In this document: piece after piece, positions 1 through 13,049 of the stretch
Layout: every line of letters begins with the position of its first letter
How positions within the stretch are numbered: position 1 is the first letter of the stretch
Assembly (NCBI RefSeq): GCF_006345805.1
Contig: NC_043015.1
Location: 6,820,001-6,884,000, forward strand
Direction of reading: 5' to 3'
Length of the DNA: 64,000 nt
DNA from: Octopus sinensis
Lineage: Eukaryota
The notes under the pieces: model-generated
The model's input: only the letters and a program-made list of their open reading frames with translations
The model's database searches: none
Told to the model about the DNA's origin: nothing
Translations under genes and position numbers: made by a program

Positions 1-210
1 TTGCTTATTACCATTAAACCATCTACTTATCTCTATATCTTCATAAATGATATTCCTTATACAGGAAATTGAAACTACAGAATGAGAGTTTAAAAACTGT
101 AATACATATTGTTACTCAGAACCAACATTAATATCACGAGAGGTTGATTTGATTCTACAAATCTTCAAGTGGTGCAATACTCACACATGCTGTAAACGCA
201 AATAAATATA

Positions 211-445
211 CAGTAATCCCTAGACTCACGCGTGTGTTATGTTCCAAAGGCCCACGCGATAGGTGAAAATCCGCGAAGAAGAACCAGTACTGTACTGTAT
301 ATCTCTTTTATCATTTTTATAATTTTTATACATTTAATTAATTATAAATGCAAAAGAACACTACAGAGGAATCGAGGTAAGCTTAAATAATAAACTGCAA
401 TAGTTGAACCGCGATAGGTGAAACACGATGTAGTTAGGATTCCTG
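211..445. mobile_element. pogo/Tigger-like (Tc1/mariner superfamily) MITE
   Basis: TA|CAGTAATCCCTAGAC at 209-225 and GGATTCCTG|TA at 437-447 form imperfect TIRs flanked by TA. The internal motif CGCGATAGGTGAAA occurs twice, as in Tigger-type MITEs. Confidence 0.7.
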
Positions 446-1289
446 TAATCACGACAAAATATGTGAACAAGCATCTATGTATGATCTATCACTGAAACTT
501 TCACTCTTTGTACATATATGTGTGTGTGTGTGTGTGTGGATATGTATATATCATCAATGAGATCGTGATTTCAATTCCTAGTCGGGTGGTGCTTTCCGTT
601 CTTGAACAAAACATATCATACCACATTACTCTGCGATCACTTCAACATCTGATGCCTGATACACCGTTCACCTGTTCAGGCAACGTCGATTTGATGGAGA
701 GAGTGAGCTACAGTGCAGTATGAACATTCGAGCACTTTAAACAAATCCTTTTCTGTAGGTCGTTCGACAAAACCTTAACGATCATACGTCGTTTTCGACA
801 GGAGAAGCTATCTATATGTGTGTGTATACATGTGTCTGCGTGAGCATATATATATACGTCGAAATACTCACATACAAAATCACGACGAAACACAGTACAC
901 AAAGTACTTATAAAACGTCTGCACTCTAATACCAGATATCTGTGTGTCTGTGCTAATGTACGCATGTGAGTAGAATAGATAGATAGTTAGAGTGTGTAGG
1001 TGTGCGTGTAATCCTTTTCATCAGAAAAAGTGCAAATGAGTAGTTAGCTTTGACGGAGAGCAAAAAGAGGAAATCACGACACTCTGAATATAAAAAAAAA
1101 ATCTATTATGGCAGAGAATATAAGGCAACCTGAAGAATACTTCAGAGCACAAAGATCTATATAAATGGAGCCAAGAATTTCAGACTTTATCTGATGCTGC
1201 AGAAATTTTACAACGCTTTAAAAGTCTTAATTCTTACACAAAAGATGTGCTCTTGTCAACTGACACATATAACCAACTGAGTTCATATA

Positions 1290-1835
1290 TTCTTACTTTT
1301 CACTTTCTTTCTTTCTTTCTTTTTATTTTGAGTTTTCATTTCTTTTCCCCATTTTTCTCTTTTTTCCTCTCCCTCATTTTTTAGAATGTGGTTCTCCATT
1401 TTCTTCTTCTTCATTTCAATCTACTCCTTCTCATCCTTTCATCTTCTTTCCTTCTCTTTTTTTCTCATTTTTCTCTACCTCCATTTGTTCTTTCTCTTTT
1501 TCTTTCTTTTCTTCTTTCACTTCCTCTTCTCTTCTTCGTCTGTTGTTTTTCTTCTTATTCCTCTTCTTTTTCTACTTTTCTTTCACTTCCTTCGTATGTC
1601 TTATCTTTATCTCCTTTCTCTTTTCTTCTTTTAGCTCTTCGTTTTTTTTCTGTTTCTTCTTCTTCTCCTTTTCTTTCCCTTCTTTATTTCCTTTCTCTTC
1701 TAATTTTTCTACTTTTCTTTCTCTTCCTCCTTATATGCTTTTCATCTTTCTTCTTCTCCTTCCTCTTCATTTTGTCTTCTTACTCTTCTCCTAAATCCTC
1801 ACCATCATCGTCTTCATCATTATCATCCTAATCAT

Positions 1836-1868
<33 letters not shown>

Positions 1869-1900
1869 TTTCTTCTTCATCATCTTCTCTCTTCCACTTC
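1290..1900. repeat. Pyrimidine-rich (CT/TTC) low-complexity tract ending in (CTA)n
   Basis: Directly visible. It explains the F/L/S-rich ORFs at 1386-1831. Confidence 0.9.
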
Positions 1901-2443
1901 TGCAAATTGCACCTTCAGTTATTTTTGCCTATTTGTATTACCCTTTAAAACCTCAACCGGGATACAGTTGCTGAAATACAATCACCGATATTTAATAGAC
2001 TATGAATTTAAGTGCTCAGGTGAAACATGAACTTTCAGGTGCATAGTATTATTTTTCAATAATTTAGTTCAATTATTTTCAATCAATTGCTTTCCTCTTA
2101 TACTGAAATTCCGACGAGCAGAACATCGTATATATTGAGAATATGAAGATGTGTGATTTACAGAAATACGGGGCGTCGGTCTAGGACTTCTTCATTATAA
2201 TGGAATGATTTCGGTCTCAAGTATTCACAGAATTTCTCTTCTCAGACGAAATATCGCTGAGTGGTTATCGACAATATTTTATTTTCAAATACGGCCAGAT
2301 CTACCGAAAATGCACTTTATCAAAAAAAGTACGATATCAGTAGTGGCCTGTATGCAAAGAATTGTTCTACATAGTTTACATGCACACATATACATATATG
2401 AACAAATACATGAGTGTATATCGTGTGTGCATATCTAAATCTA

Positions 2444-2830
2444 GGCGTAGGAGTGGCTATGTGGTAAGTAGCTTGCTTACCAACTCTGGGTTCAGTCCCA
2501 CTTCGTGGCACCTTCGGCAAGTGTCTTCTATTCTAACCTCGGGCCGAGCAAAGCATTGTGAGTGAATTTGGAGAACGGAAACTAAACGAAGCCCGTCATA
2601 TATATATATATATATATGTGTGTGTATATATATATGTGTGTGTGTGTGAGTGTGTTTGTGTGTCTGTGTTTATCCCACAAATATCGCTTGAAAACCGATG
2701 CTGGTGTTTTACGTCCCCGTAAGTACTAGGCTTACAGTGAATAAGTCCTGGGGTCGATTTGCTCGACTAAAGGTGGTGCTCCTGCATGGCCTCAGTCAAA
2801 ATGACTGAAAAAAGTAAGAGTAAAAGAGTA
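2444..2830 (+). mobile_element. tRNA-derived SINE, family 1 (tRNA head + CORE-like segment + internal microsatellite + 3' module), near full length
   Basis: Head GGCGTAGGAGTGGCTATGTGG has A-box and B-box (GGTTCAGTCCC) motifs, followed by CCTTCGGCAAGTGTCTT, an internal (TA)n(TG)n and the tail ...GACTGAAAAAAGTAAGAGTAAAAGAGTA. More than 10 homologous copies occur in the window. Confidence 0.9.
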
Positions 2831-3085
2831 TCTATCTATTTTTCTATATATCTATCAAACAATCTATCTATCTATATACATACATACCCACACACACACA
2901 CATATACATACATATATGTTTATACGATTACATTCTCATGAACATAAAACGTCTGTTTTTATAAGCGTGCACGTACAGTTGTGCAATGGAAATATTACAT
3001 TTTCACACATTTTCACTTCCAAATTACGGCTGAATGAATCTATTCTGGAATAAAGAAATAGATTTCTGCTACTTTCGTTAATTCT

Positions 3086-3355
3086 TTGTTCTTGTTGTTG
3101 TTCCTCTTATTATTATCATTATTATTTCTATTATTATCATCATCATCATCATCATTATTATTTTTTACTATTATTATTATTTTTTACTATTATTATTATT
3201 ATCATCATCATTATTATTTTTTACTATTATTATTATTATTATTATTATTGCTGCCGTTGTTCTTGTTGTTGGTCTTCATGTTGTTATCGTTGTTCATGTT
3301 GTTGTTACTATTATTATTGGTTATAATATTTCGTGGTTTTAGTAAAAATTTTTTT
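3086..3355. repeat. (TTA)n/(TTG)n/(CAT)n trinucleotide microsatellite
   Basis: Directly visible. Confidence 0.9.
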
Positions 3356-4076
3356 TAGCTATTGTTGTCTCTGCATAAATAATCTTTGTGGATGCGAATA
3401 TCGGTTTTAACAGACTCGATTCCAAGACGTGATATATTTTCTTTAGTTATTATTTATATTGATGACTTGACAAAATATTGTAGACTGCATGAATTACCAT
3501 TCTTTGTTTTTGGTTTTCTTCATCTGGGAATACGATTGTAATCATTCATGCTGCTGTGCTGTTATATGTTAGCTGCCTAAATGACAGCAAGCTATGTATC
3601 ACGTAGAATACGCTGTTACAAATAAAAGGAAAGCACAAATTTGAATCGTTCGTATGTGTGTATGTGTGCATACATGGAAAGATATACCAATCTAGACACA
3701 CAAGCAGATACTCACCTAAATGTTTTCTTGCATATAAATATATATATACCTATATGTGTGTGTGTAAGTGTGCGTGTGTGAGTATACGATTGAGTATGTG
3801 AATATGCGATAGAGTGTGTATCTGTGTATTTGTGCGCGTGTGAAGTAATAAATTGGTTGGTTGGTGTGTTTGTGTGTTCATTGTGAGTTGGATTTATTAT
3901 CACTGTATATCAATCATATATTTGCACAGAGTATGTTTGTTTGTGGTGATAGTTTATTTGTCTTTCATGATCCGAAATATTTATGCTCACCCGAATTCAC
4001 AGCCAGCCACACTTGCAAACACGAATTTCATGTCTACATACATCCATACATACATACATACATCCACACATACACG

Positions 4077-4378
4077 TTGTTTGTTCCTTCCCGAGCCATG
4101 CCTTATTCATAAGGGCCGGTTTCCCGGTTTCCTTGGCGTACAGGTTCCCCACCTGGACGGGTCGCCGGTCTGTCGCAGGTGAACTGCAAGTTGCAGGAGG
4201 AAAGAGAGAGAGAGTTGTGGCGAAAGAGTCAGCAGAAGTTCGCTATTACCTTCTGTAGGAGCCGCATGGAGCTTAGGTGTTTCGCTCATAAACACACACA
4301 TCGCTCGGTCCGAGATTCGAACAAGCGATCCCTCGACCACGAGTCCGCTGCTCTAACCACTAGGTCATGAGCCTCCAC
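4077..4378 (-). mobile_element. tRNA-derived SINE, family 3 (Meta/V-domain-like 3' part)
   Basis: The reverse strand reads GTGGAGGCTCATGACCTAGTGGTTAGAGCAGCGGACTC...TTCGAATCTCGGA (A/B boxes), then CCTGCGACAGACCGGCGACCCGTCCAGGTGG and an (ACA)-type tail. It is homologous to 5356-5664 and 56981-57196. Confidence 0.88.
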
Positions 4379-4463
4379 CCATACAAACATACATATATGC
4401 ATATGTGTGTGTGTGTGTGCATGTGGTGTATACACGTGTGTGTATATCTGTGTGTGAAACTGA

Positions 4464-4570
<107 letters not shown>

Positions 4571-5355
4571 ATGTTTAAAATACATTGGGTGTCTGTGTAT
4601 GTAATGCGTTAGTATATATGCATGGATATATGCACACGTGCACACACAGTCACAAAAAATCACACACACACAAATATATCTGTGAGCGTATGATGGGATC
4701 ATAAGTAAAAAATATTTTTATCTCGTCAGTGGAAAAACAAAGCCATAATCAAATCAGTTTCTTAATCTTGCCCCCCGTTAAAATTTGTGATTACGATATA
4801 ATGATTGATTTGCCTTATTTGTAATTAAAACAAAAAAAGAATTCTAATTCAATATTTAATCAGTTATAAGTTCTTTAGAATTTGTTACACTATGAGATAT
4901 TACCACACAGTGTAACTTTTGTCAGAACATCGTTGTTATGTAACAAATGCTTCCCCATTCTAATACGTTGCTCTATACTAATACATACAGTTATGCAACA
5001 TTTGACGTTGATTTCGCCTAAAGACTAGCTTCCAAATACAAATACTGAAGCCGGTATTAGATTTGACATGGATAATTTACTTAAGCTTATATAACGTCAA
5101 TGTTTTCAAGGACTGTACACTATGGCATGGAGCAGTTTACAAGAAATGGCATGCAATACTTTTTTTACATTGCAAACTGGCAACTCATAAATTGAAATAT
5201 TGTCATCTGGAATTTTGTATGCTTGGAGTAAAAAGTAGTGGTGGTTACGTCATGAATATTTTTGATTATACAATTGCTCAGTCGAGTCTGATCTAGTCCT
5301 AAAATAGGTGTAGAAGACAGAAAAAGGGAACTAATTGTTGGAAGCATCAGGCTAT

Positions 5356-5664
5356 TTGTTGTTTGTTCCTTCTCGAGCCACGCCTGGCTCATAAAGGCCG
5401 GTTTACCAGTTTGCTTGGCGTATAGGTTCCCCACCTGGACGGAACGCCGGTCCGTCGCAGGTGAGCTGCAAGATGCAGGAGGAAATAGTGAGAGAAAGTT
5501 GTGGCGAAAGAGTCAGCAGAAATTCGCCATTACCCTCTCCCGGAGCTGCGTGGAGCTTAGGTATTTTGCTCATAAACACACACACATCGCCCAGTCTGAG
5601 ATTCGAACCCACGATCCCTCGACCGCCAGTCCGCTGCTCTAACCACTAGACCATGTGTCTCCAC
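5356..5664 (-). mobile_element. tRNA-derived SINE, family 3, full length
   Basis: Colinear with 4077-4378, with tRNA head and (CAA)n tail. Confidence 0.9.
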
Positions 5665-5694
5665 AAGCTTTAGGCTATGGGTAATATGAACTTA

Positions 5695-5915
5695 TCAGAT
5701 TATCCCAGATCGCAGCGCTTCAGATCTATCCCTCTCCTCGACATCATCTGTTACTTTCATCGTTTTGGGATCAATAAAATATTTCACCAGTCCAGAGTTG
5801 GGGATCGGTAGATCTATTTGAAGGTCAGAAAATATCACTGTGTTATCTGTTACATTTGTTACAGAGGACAATACCCCTAGTGTTATCTGCATTATAATTT
5901 CTTGGATGGCGGAGT
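5695..5915 (-). CDS. Possible terminal coding exon (SEA-like C-terminal motif), unverified
   Basis: Unique, non-repetitive ORF DSAIQEIIMQITLGVLSSVTNVTDNTVIFSDLQIDLPIPNSGLVKYFIDPKTMKVTDD...GII* after a possible acceptor (ttttataccgttgccgcatAG). YFIDPKTMKVT recalls SEA-domain ends. No partner exon was found. Confidence 0.22.
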
Positions 5916-8900
5916 CTATGCGGCAACGGTATAAAAACATCAAATGCTCCTTGGGTGCATTTAGTTTGTTATGTTACACATATTATAATCAGGTCCTCAC
6001 TCTCAAGACGTCTTCCTTACTATTTCTAACCTTTTAGATAGGGACGGAAATCAACAAAATGAAATTAAATGCATACTAAAAGATATCATTAATAAGAATA
6101 TGTAGCCTGCTCACGTTTTCGAACTGCCAAGAGTTTACTTTTCTTTTAAAATACTTAGCACTTATCTTAATATTTTCTTGTTCTTTTTTCTATAATTCAC
6201 TGACGTTAAAATACAATTAAGTATGTGAATTTTATGTTCTATATTGATTTTCCATATCTTATGTGAAATGTCAGTCCTGAATTTTATAGTGTGTGAAATA
6301 AATGTAGATTTCTTTAAAAAAAAAAATAAGGAAACGAAATATAAGAATATTTACAACATTCTGACTAAGTATTTTTCTTTTTCTCTTCGCCGTATACGGA
6401 GAAGTATGATTTCTAATAAAACTAATATAATAATTCTCTACGACGTCATAAATTTAAGAAAAAAATAGATGTTATCTATGCATTTCAATTTGGTTTACGG
6501 TATTGGAAGGTTTTATATCTTGGAATTTTGCACTGGTACATACATACATGCATACATACATACATACATACATACATTCATACATACATGGATGCATGCA
6601 TACATACATACATATCTGCATGTATGCATTTGGATGCTTACCTACATACACTCACATACGTATATATGCATTCAAATGTTTATGCATATTTCCTTTAATA
6701 TATTCAACCATGTACATATATATGCATTTATATATACATGCGGGCATACCTCATTATATATATATATGTTTATATATATATATATATATATATATTCGTA
6801 TACGTATATTTACGAGTACATACACACACATATACATACATACAATATATGTATTCGTATATGTGTATGTGTGCATGTGATAGTGCATATGAGTGTCGAT
6901 GTATCCACATATACGAATTATTTGGTATTGTTCAGCAATTTTTTGAAAACCCAACTTAATACATAAAAACGTCTTATCCTTAGTTATGCCTAAGTGAAGC
7001 AAAATTTATTGATAATCTTCAGTTCAATGGTATCTAAAGTTTCGTAGCTCACCGGTTAATCAGCCTGTGAAATTAAAAGATTTAGACGCACTTTCTAACC
7101 CTACCGCAAGCAAGTTTTCACAAAAAATAAATCACAGATGATGAAAAAGGAAATAATTGCTCTCGGTCAATGAGTTGGGCACTGTAGAAGCGAAATCAGA
7201 GAAAGGGAGACACGTGAAATTTTATAACCACATAGCTCCCGCACAGATCAAACACTTTTCAAAATATGTAAACACATATTGATATAGGTAGTTCAGGATA
7301 TTCCTTCATCTGAATAAGAGATAAAGGAATGATTGTGTCTGGAACGCCTTTGAACAAAACTCTACTCAATCAACTTTCAAGACTAGTGAAGATGCCAAGA
7401 CTATGAAAAATATTTCTGTATCCGGCATTCACGGATTGCTGAGAGTTATGTGCCAAATTACGTACCTGTAACTGCGTTGTACTTATTATATCCATACGAA
7501 AATAGCTTAAGATCAGGAACAAAAGTCAAATAACCTATATATGGAAATGTGAATTGCTGGAATTTGACGAAACTAATTTCGGTATACGATTTCAAAACGA
7601 ATCATCCGGGTAAAGCAGTAAATTCTTAGTTTCAATTTTTTGCTAGTAGAATAATGTAAATGTTGTATTGGAAACTCTCCACTAAATATCATTCTATATG
7701 GCATCGTTTCACGTGAGTTCGTATCCAACCAATGCACCATTTGAAGTTTTATCTGTTTTAACAATCCGATCCAACGAATCGTTTTTTTTTTTTCGTCTTG
7801 TAGTCGACTTTTTTTTTCTTTCAGTTGACATTTCTTTCTCTTGAAAATATTTGTAAAATTCTGACGAACATAGAAGCTATTTTTACTATGTTGCTTCATA
7901 TATGAATGAGAACACAATTTGTAGATAATAAAGGAAAAGGAAATCCCGAAATATTTTACACTGGAAGGTAACAGAAGAAATTGATAGATGTTATGACACC
8001 TAGCAAAAATGGTTCACATTTTCGTAACTGTTCTTTTACCAAAAGTCATTCACACAAAGCTTACTTGAGATGTCACAATTACAATATTAGAGACACTGAA
8101 AACGTTTTCAAAGATACACTTAAATCATCTGCAGAGATATTCACCAACAGAAAACCCTACGAAAAGCAAATTCTCAAATATAAGTAGAATTAGTGAAGCA
8201 GCACCAACTTCGTATTGTGGATTATTGGTTATGGTACAAGAATAACGTGCGAAAATAGCACTGCAAAGAGAAAAAGAGAAAGGCTATGCAAAAGCTAGTG
8301 AAACATATTCGGTGTTGTTCTCCGAGAAGCAGATTGCCAACCGAGAAGAACGTAGAACAATCAACGTACTAAAAAACAGAGAAGAACCATTTCTAAATAA
8401 GTTAAAATATTTATCTGTTATTCTTGTGATTAAATGATTGTTTTCGCCTTCAACAAGGGTCACTTTGAATGCAAAATACACGAGTCACAGCCCGTCGTTA
8501 TATCGTTGTGAATAATGACAAACATTACGTAGTGCTTAGAATAAATAGTCGCAATTGGTATGGAGTAGTAGCTTGTATCCCTCTTTCTCTAGTTGTTCTA
8601 TGTGCCTATATACTTGCCATCAGACAGACATCTTCGCAGTACTCCCACTCTTGACCTAGTCGAATATCATAGATGTAACGACTGGACAGAAGCTACTCCA
8701 AATTACGGTTTATATTCAGTTTTAACGTTTCGTCAGAAAAGATTTGAGTAACGGGAAATAATAAGGCTTACTCAAGGACATAAGCGCATCCTGATCTTGG
8801 AAACGAACCTGGTATCCTAATATTTGGGCCTCCACCTTACTCAATAATGCTTCATGTCGGAAAGGTTTTCATATATGTAGACATCAACAATGTCTACATA

Positions 8901-8967
8901 CATGATGGAGTTAAAATTTGGTATAAATTTAGAGCATAAATATAAGAAAACGTATTTTAATTTCCAG

Positions 8968-9056
8968 TTGGAAATGTAACTCAAATGATTCCAATATTGC
9001 TAGGAAGTATTGGGCTTGTACTTAGTTCAAGTTTTACTGCAAGCAGAAAAGTAAAG
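8968..9056 (+). CDS. Candidate exon encoding a signal-peptide-like or transmembrane segment
   Basis: Acceptor gtattttaatttccAG and donor AAG|GTATAT (alternative AAA|GTAAAG at 9050). The open frame is GNVTQMIPILLGSIGLVLSSSFTASRKVK, with ATG at 8985. Confidence 0.35.
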
Positions 9057-11290
9057 GTATATTAGCAAATGCCGCGAAATTAAATTCAGATTACATTTAT
9101 AATAGCTATGATAGTAACTCTATGTTCTTCATTATAAGAACTACGTGCAAAGAGGTAAAAATTACCAATATTTCACTATCATTTTTGAAAGTATATTTTA
9201 AACAGTCCATGTCTTGTTAATTTGGCCTCCCCGTCCTCGTATAGGCATGGAGATTATAGTTCTACGCTTTATACTGTTTTGAATCCTTGCAGGAAAGTTA
9301 AATCTGCAGAGGTGCCAGAATAATAGCAAAATACGTGATTCAAGAACAAAACAATGGATTTATACATCATTATCCTTTCTGGAATTATGTAGCTTTTACC
9401 TTTTCATATGTTTATGTATAATCTAATCCGCTTAACATAAAGTATCTGAGAACATAAAACGATTTCATAGCCGTATTTACTTGAAGGTCATTTGCGAATA
9501 TTCGACGAACACCAAAATTATAATATAGTAGAAGATTATGCATATTTGACTCACATAAAATCTAATATAGACATATATATATATATATATACCCATCTTA
9601 AATGTGATCGAAGCATATTTACAGAAAACTCTTAGTGGTCTTCAAAATCATATTGCAACTTTTCATCCTTTATTAGGATTCCAGCCTTTATTAGTAAGTT
9701 ACAATGATAGATATTAGTAAAATTTAGCCGCCTTTTTAATCCTGATACTAAATTGGCAAAAATAAAGCATGGACCTACATTCACAACGAAAGTAAACGTA
9801 TGACAATAAACTGTGGAATTATTTATTGCTTACTGAGAAAATTTTGGGGGCCCTACTAATTATCATCGTCCCTTCAGTCTTGAACTGTTATGTAAATGAG
9901 GTGATTCAATTAAAATTATTTTTAATTACATTTTCGAAATTACAATTTAGCTACTGGTGTCGGGCAGTTTGGAAAAAAGGAGCAAATAACTCAAGAGAAT
10001 CATTAAATTACAATGATCCTGGTGTAATGAAAAGAAAATTAGGACCAAAATTCAAACTAAGAATTTCTGACCATGAATTCCTGTTGTTCGATTAAAGGAA
10101 TCACTTGTCATATCTAACTATCGTGTAGACCATCACAGGCAGGTGTAATTTTAATGTAATTCTTAGGCAGCATCGGCTTAACTCACTGAAATGAGGCTGT
10201 AATTGCGAATTACAGATACATTTTATTCTCGGCGCTTGATCGAATCGAGAATTTTGGTATCGTAAATATATATTCCCAAGGAATGTAAAAGTCGCAAAAG
10301 AAATAAGGCTCTTGAAATTTGAAAGAAGTTCTGTGCCGTGCTATAAACGTTTCTACCGTTTAGATTTGCTTAGTATACTCTCTTCTTCTCGTAACCATTG
10401 TTGAAGCGGCCCCACGAGGTTCCCCAGTCAACGCTACAACCAAAATCCCCTTCTCAGAACGTTGGTCTTCTGGTATTCATTTTCTGTTGTCTTTCCTACA
10501 CCTGATGAGTTCAGTCTATGATGGTGTGCAAAAGCCATGGTCACTGTCTCTCCCACAAAACACATGAAAAAAAAATAATACCCACTTCCCACTGATACCG
10601 TGAGCATTATTGTCCTGAGACTATGAGAAACAACGCTATATTTCAGAATATACAGAAAGAAACAAAATTAAAAGAGGAAATATAAAGAATTCGCCGGCCA
10701 GTGACTACACCAGAAGATATCTACCCAAAGTGCCTTGGTGCTGTGATGAAACCTGAGTCTACCTGTCTGCAATGCATAATTCTTAACACAATACTTTGTC
10801 TATACCACTTAACATTTTCCTTTAAAGTGTTTATAACTTATTTTATTTTAATTCTTAATTTGAAAGAAATACATTTTCAGCAGCTATTTTGCATGAAAAA
10901 CAATTTGTCAATGAAGGAGTTTATAATTTCTGAGCGTATATTCCTTAGCTTTTAGCATATTAAATATACATATCACATTTTCCAATATGGAAATATAAAT
11001 CTCAGCGCTTGGAACCTTTTAGTATGTTATGCATCAAAATGCATCAACTAAATTAACGCAGCTACACATACTTGATTTTATTAAGGTGTGTTTTTCTGAT
11101 GTAGGTTATATCTTGATATTAACTTTATTAATATTTCTGATCAATTTCATATTCTCTTCTAAGGATAGGTGCATGTTAGTTACTGTCTTGTGTATCAAGG
11201 AGAAGCAATATATATGAATATAGAACGTACTGAAATTCTAAGGGAAATGCGTTCATATGTAGCTATCAAATTTTTATTGTGTTTTTGCAG

Positions 11291-11325
11291 GAAAAGAAAA
11301 TATACTTCTATTGGTCTCGGGATGG
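11291..11325 (+). CDS. Candidate 35-nt exon
   Basis: Strong acceptor atttttattgtgtttttgcAG and donor TGG|GTAAAT. All three frames are open; phase 0 gives EKKIYFYWSRDG. Confidence 0.3.
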
Positions 11326-11759
11326 GTAAATGTAAAATAAAAAAAAAGAAAGTCGTCAATTGTTGAAGAAATACAGACATATATTTCGGTCATAACAAAA
11401 CTGAGATTATGCTGCGCAAAAGAGAATAAACAATAACATCCGCAGTGAAACGTGCTGTGGAGAAAATAGTTTTTATTTTTCTGTGAATATATAGTGCAAC
11501 GCAGAAGTGGAAATAGAAGAGGAAGAACATAGATATATTTCAGTATTGTTTCTACTGTTGGGTTATATATGTGTTGAACTCTGCAACAGAAGTCATCTTT
11601 ACAAAATTATACTTCTATGTTCGATCCCTCGTAGCATCACTTTCGAAAGAGATGTGAATGGTTTCTAGAATAGGAGCAAGTGGAGAGATGCCCTCAGAAA
11701 CTATGTTGGGGATGTCGACATTGTATTACTTTTAATGTCATTTTTTTTTATATAAAGAA

Positions 11760-12181
11760 GGTAGAGACCTGCTACAATTGTTACCATGCCGGACAAAATT
11801 CTTAGTGTCATTTATTCCAGCTTTCAAATAACGCTGATATCGGCTTTGTGCTCCATCATTTCGGAGTCGGTAAAATAACTACCAATTGAGCACTGGGGTT
11901 TAAGTAATTGATTTATATCTGACACAAAATTGCTGGCCTCGTGCCAAAGTTAGAAAATCCGAAATACTTAACTTGGCAAGATGGTAGAACGCCGGAGAAA
12001 AGAAGAAATGCTTCAATCGGTAAGATGTCTGAACGCCGGACAAAATGCTTAGCGGTATTTCGTCCGTCTTTACATTCTATGTACAAAAGCTGCTGAGGTC
12101 GACTGACTTTCATCGTTTCGGATCGAAGAAATAAGTACCAGCGGAGCACTGGGGTAAACATAATCCATTATCCCCTTCCCC
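11760..12181 (+). mobile_element. Two degraded family-2 SINE copies
   Basis: AAATGCTTAGCGGTATTTCGTCCGTCTTTACATTCT...GAGGTCGACT...TTTCATCGTTTCGG...AAGTACCAG...GCACTGGGG core. Confidence 0.7.
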
Positions 12182-13049
12182 CAAGGTCTTATTAATAAGT
12201 ATCCAGACTGTTGCCATAGTAACAAGGCTAAAGGACGGAGAGTAAAGCCGCTTCGTACTGATTGACTTACAACTCTTTTGTACATGCGCATTAAGTTTTA
12301 ACGTTCGAGCTCACATTTGCTGTTCACAGCAGTTCTTGGAAGGAAGGTGTGTAACGTGTGACCGTCGCATTGACCATAGCAAAGAAATTTTTCAAAGCGA
12401 TGCCTGCTCAGAGGCCAACGCAAAATTTCAGAATGTGTACGGAGATTAGTGTATGAGCTGTACGAGTGGTTCAGACGTTAGCAAGATGGCTGCAAAAATG
12501 TCGATGGCCACGAACTTTCTGGGAGAACCGCAACCAACAGAACTCAGAAGAACGACGCAGATGTGTGTGCAGCTGTGAGGGGAAATTGTCAAATTACCAT
12601 CCGTGAGTTATCGTAGGATGTACAGATTTGCTACGGTTCAGTTCAGTCCATTATCACTGAAGATTTAGGCATGACAATCATGTCTGCCTAGCTTATGCCA
12701 AAACTGCTTTCAGCTGACCAAAAAGACAATCGGGTTTCAGTTGCACAAGACCATGACTCTGTCGAGAACGATGAAAGTTTTTGAACACTTTGCATAGGCC
12801 TCTGAACAGGTGTCACCAAGCTTTTGGCAGACTCTTTGCTCAACTTCCTCTGTCATGTTCAATGCCACGATCGCACGTTCTGCTCGTTCATTTTAAGCCC
12901 TGTTGTAAAGAACCGAAGTGTGCTAGAACGTTAAAACTTAGTGCGCCTGCACAACAGAGGTCAGGGTCAATCTGCGCCGAGCGGTTTTACTCTCATTGTT
13001 TTAGCTTAGTTACAATGCAACAGTCTAGATACTTATTCATCAGAACACG
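12182..13049 (+). mobile_element. Non-autonomous mariner derivative with ~250-bp inverted arms and an N-terminal transposase pseudogene
   Basis: Terminal inverted motifs (c)AAGGTCTTATTAATAAGTATCCAGACTG and CAGTCTAGATACTTATTCATCAGAACACG|TA. Positions 12400-12790 translate with stops to ...YEWFRR*QDGCKNVDGHELSGRTATNRTQKNDADVCAAVRGNCQITIRELS*DVQICYGSVQSIITEDLGMTIMSA*LMPKLLSADQKDNRVSVAQD..., the mariner HTH region with a degenerate WVP(H/K)LL linker. Confidence 0.88.

Noticed and set aside
1040-1290. Possible CR1/L2 RT remnant (IRQPEEY.RAQKDLYKWSQEFQ); similar faint IYIDDL motif near 3450
   Set aside because: The match is weak and needs frameshifts, so it cannot be supported without an alignment.
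2444-2510. tRNA-like A/B boxes here and in other SINE heads
   Set aside because: No full cloverleaf; they continue into multicopy SINE bodies, so they are not tRNA genes.
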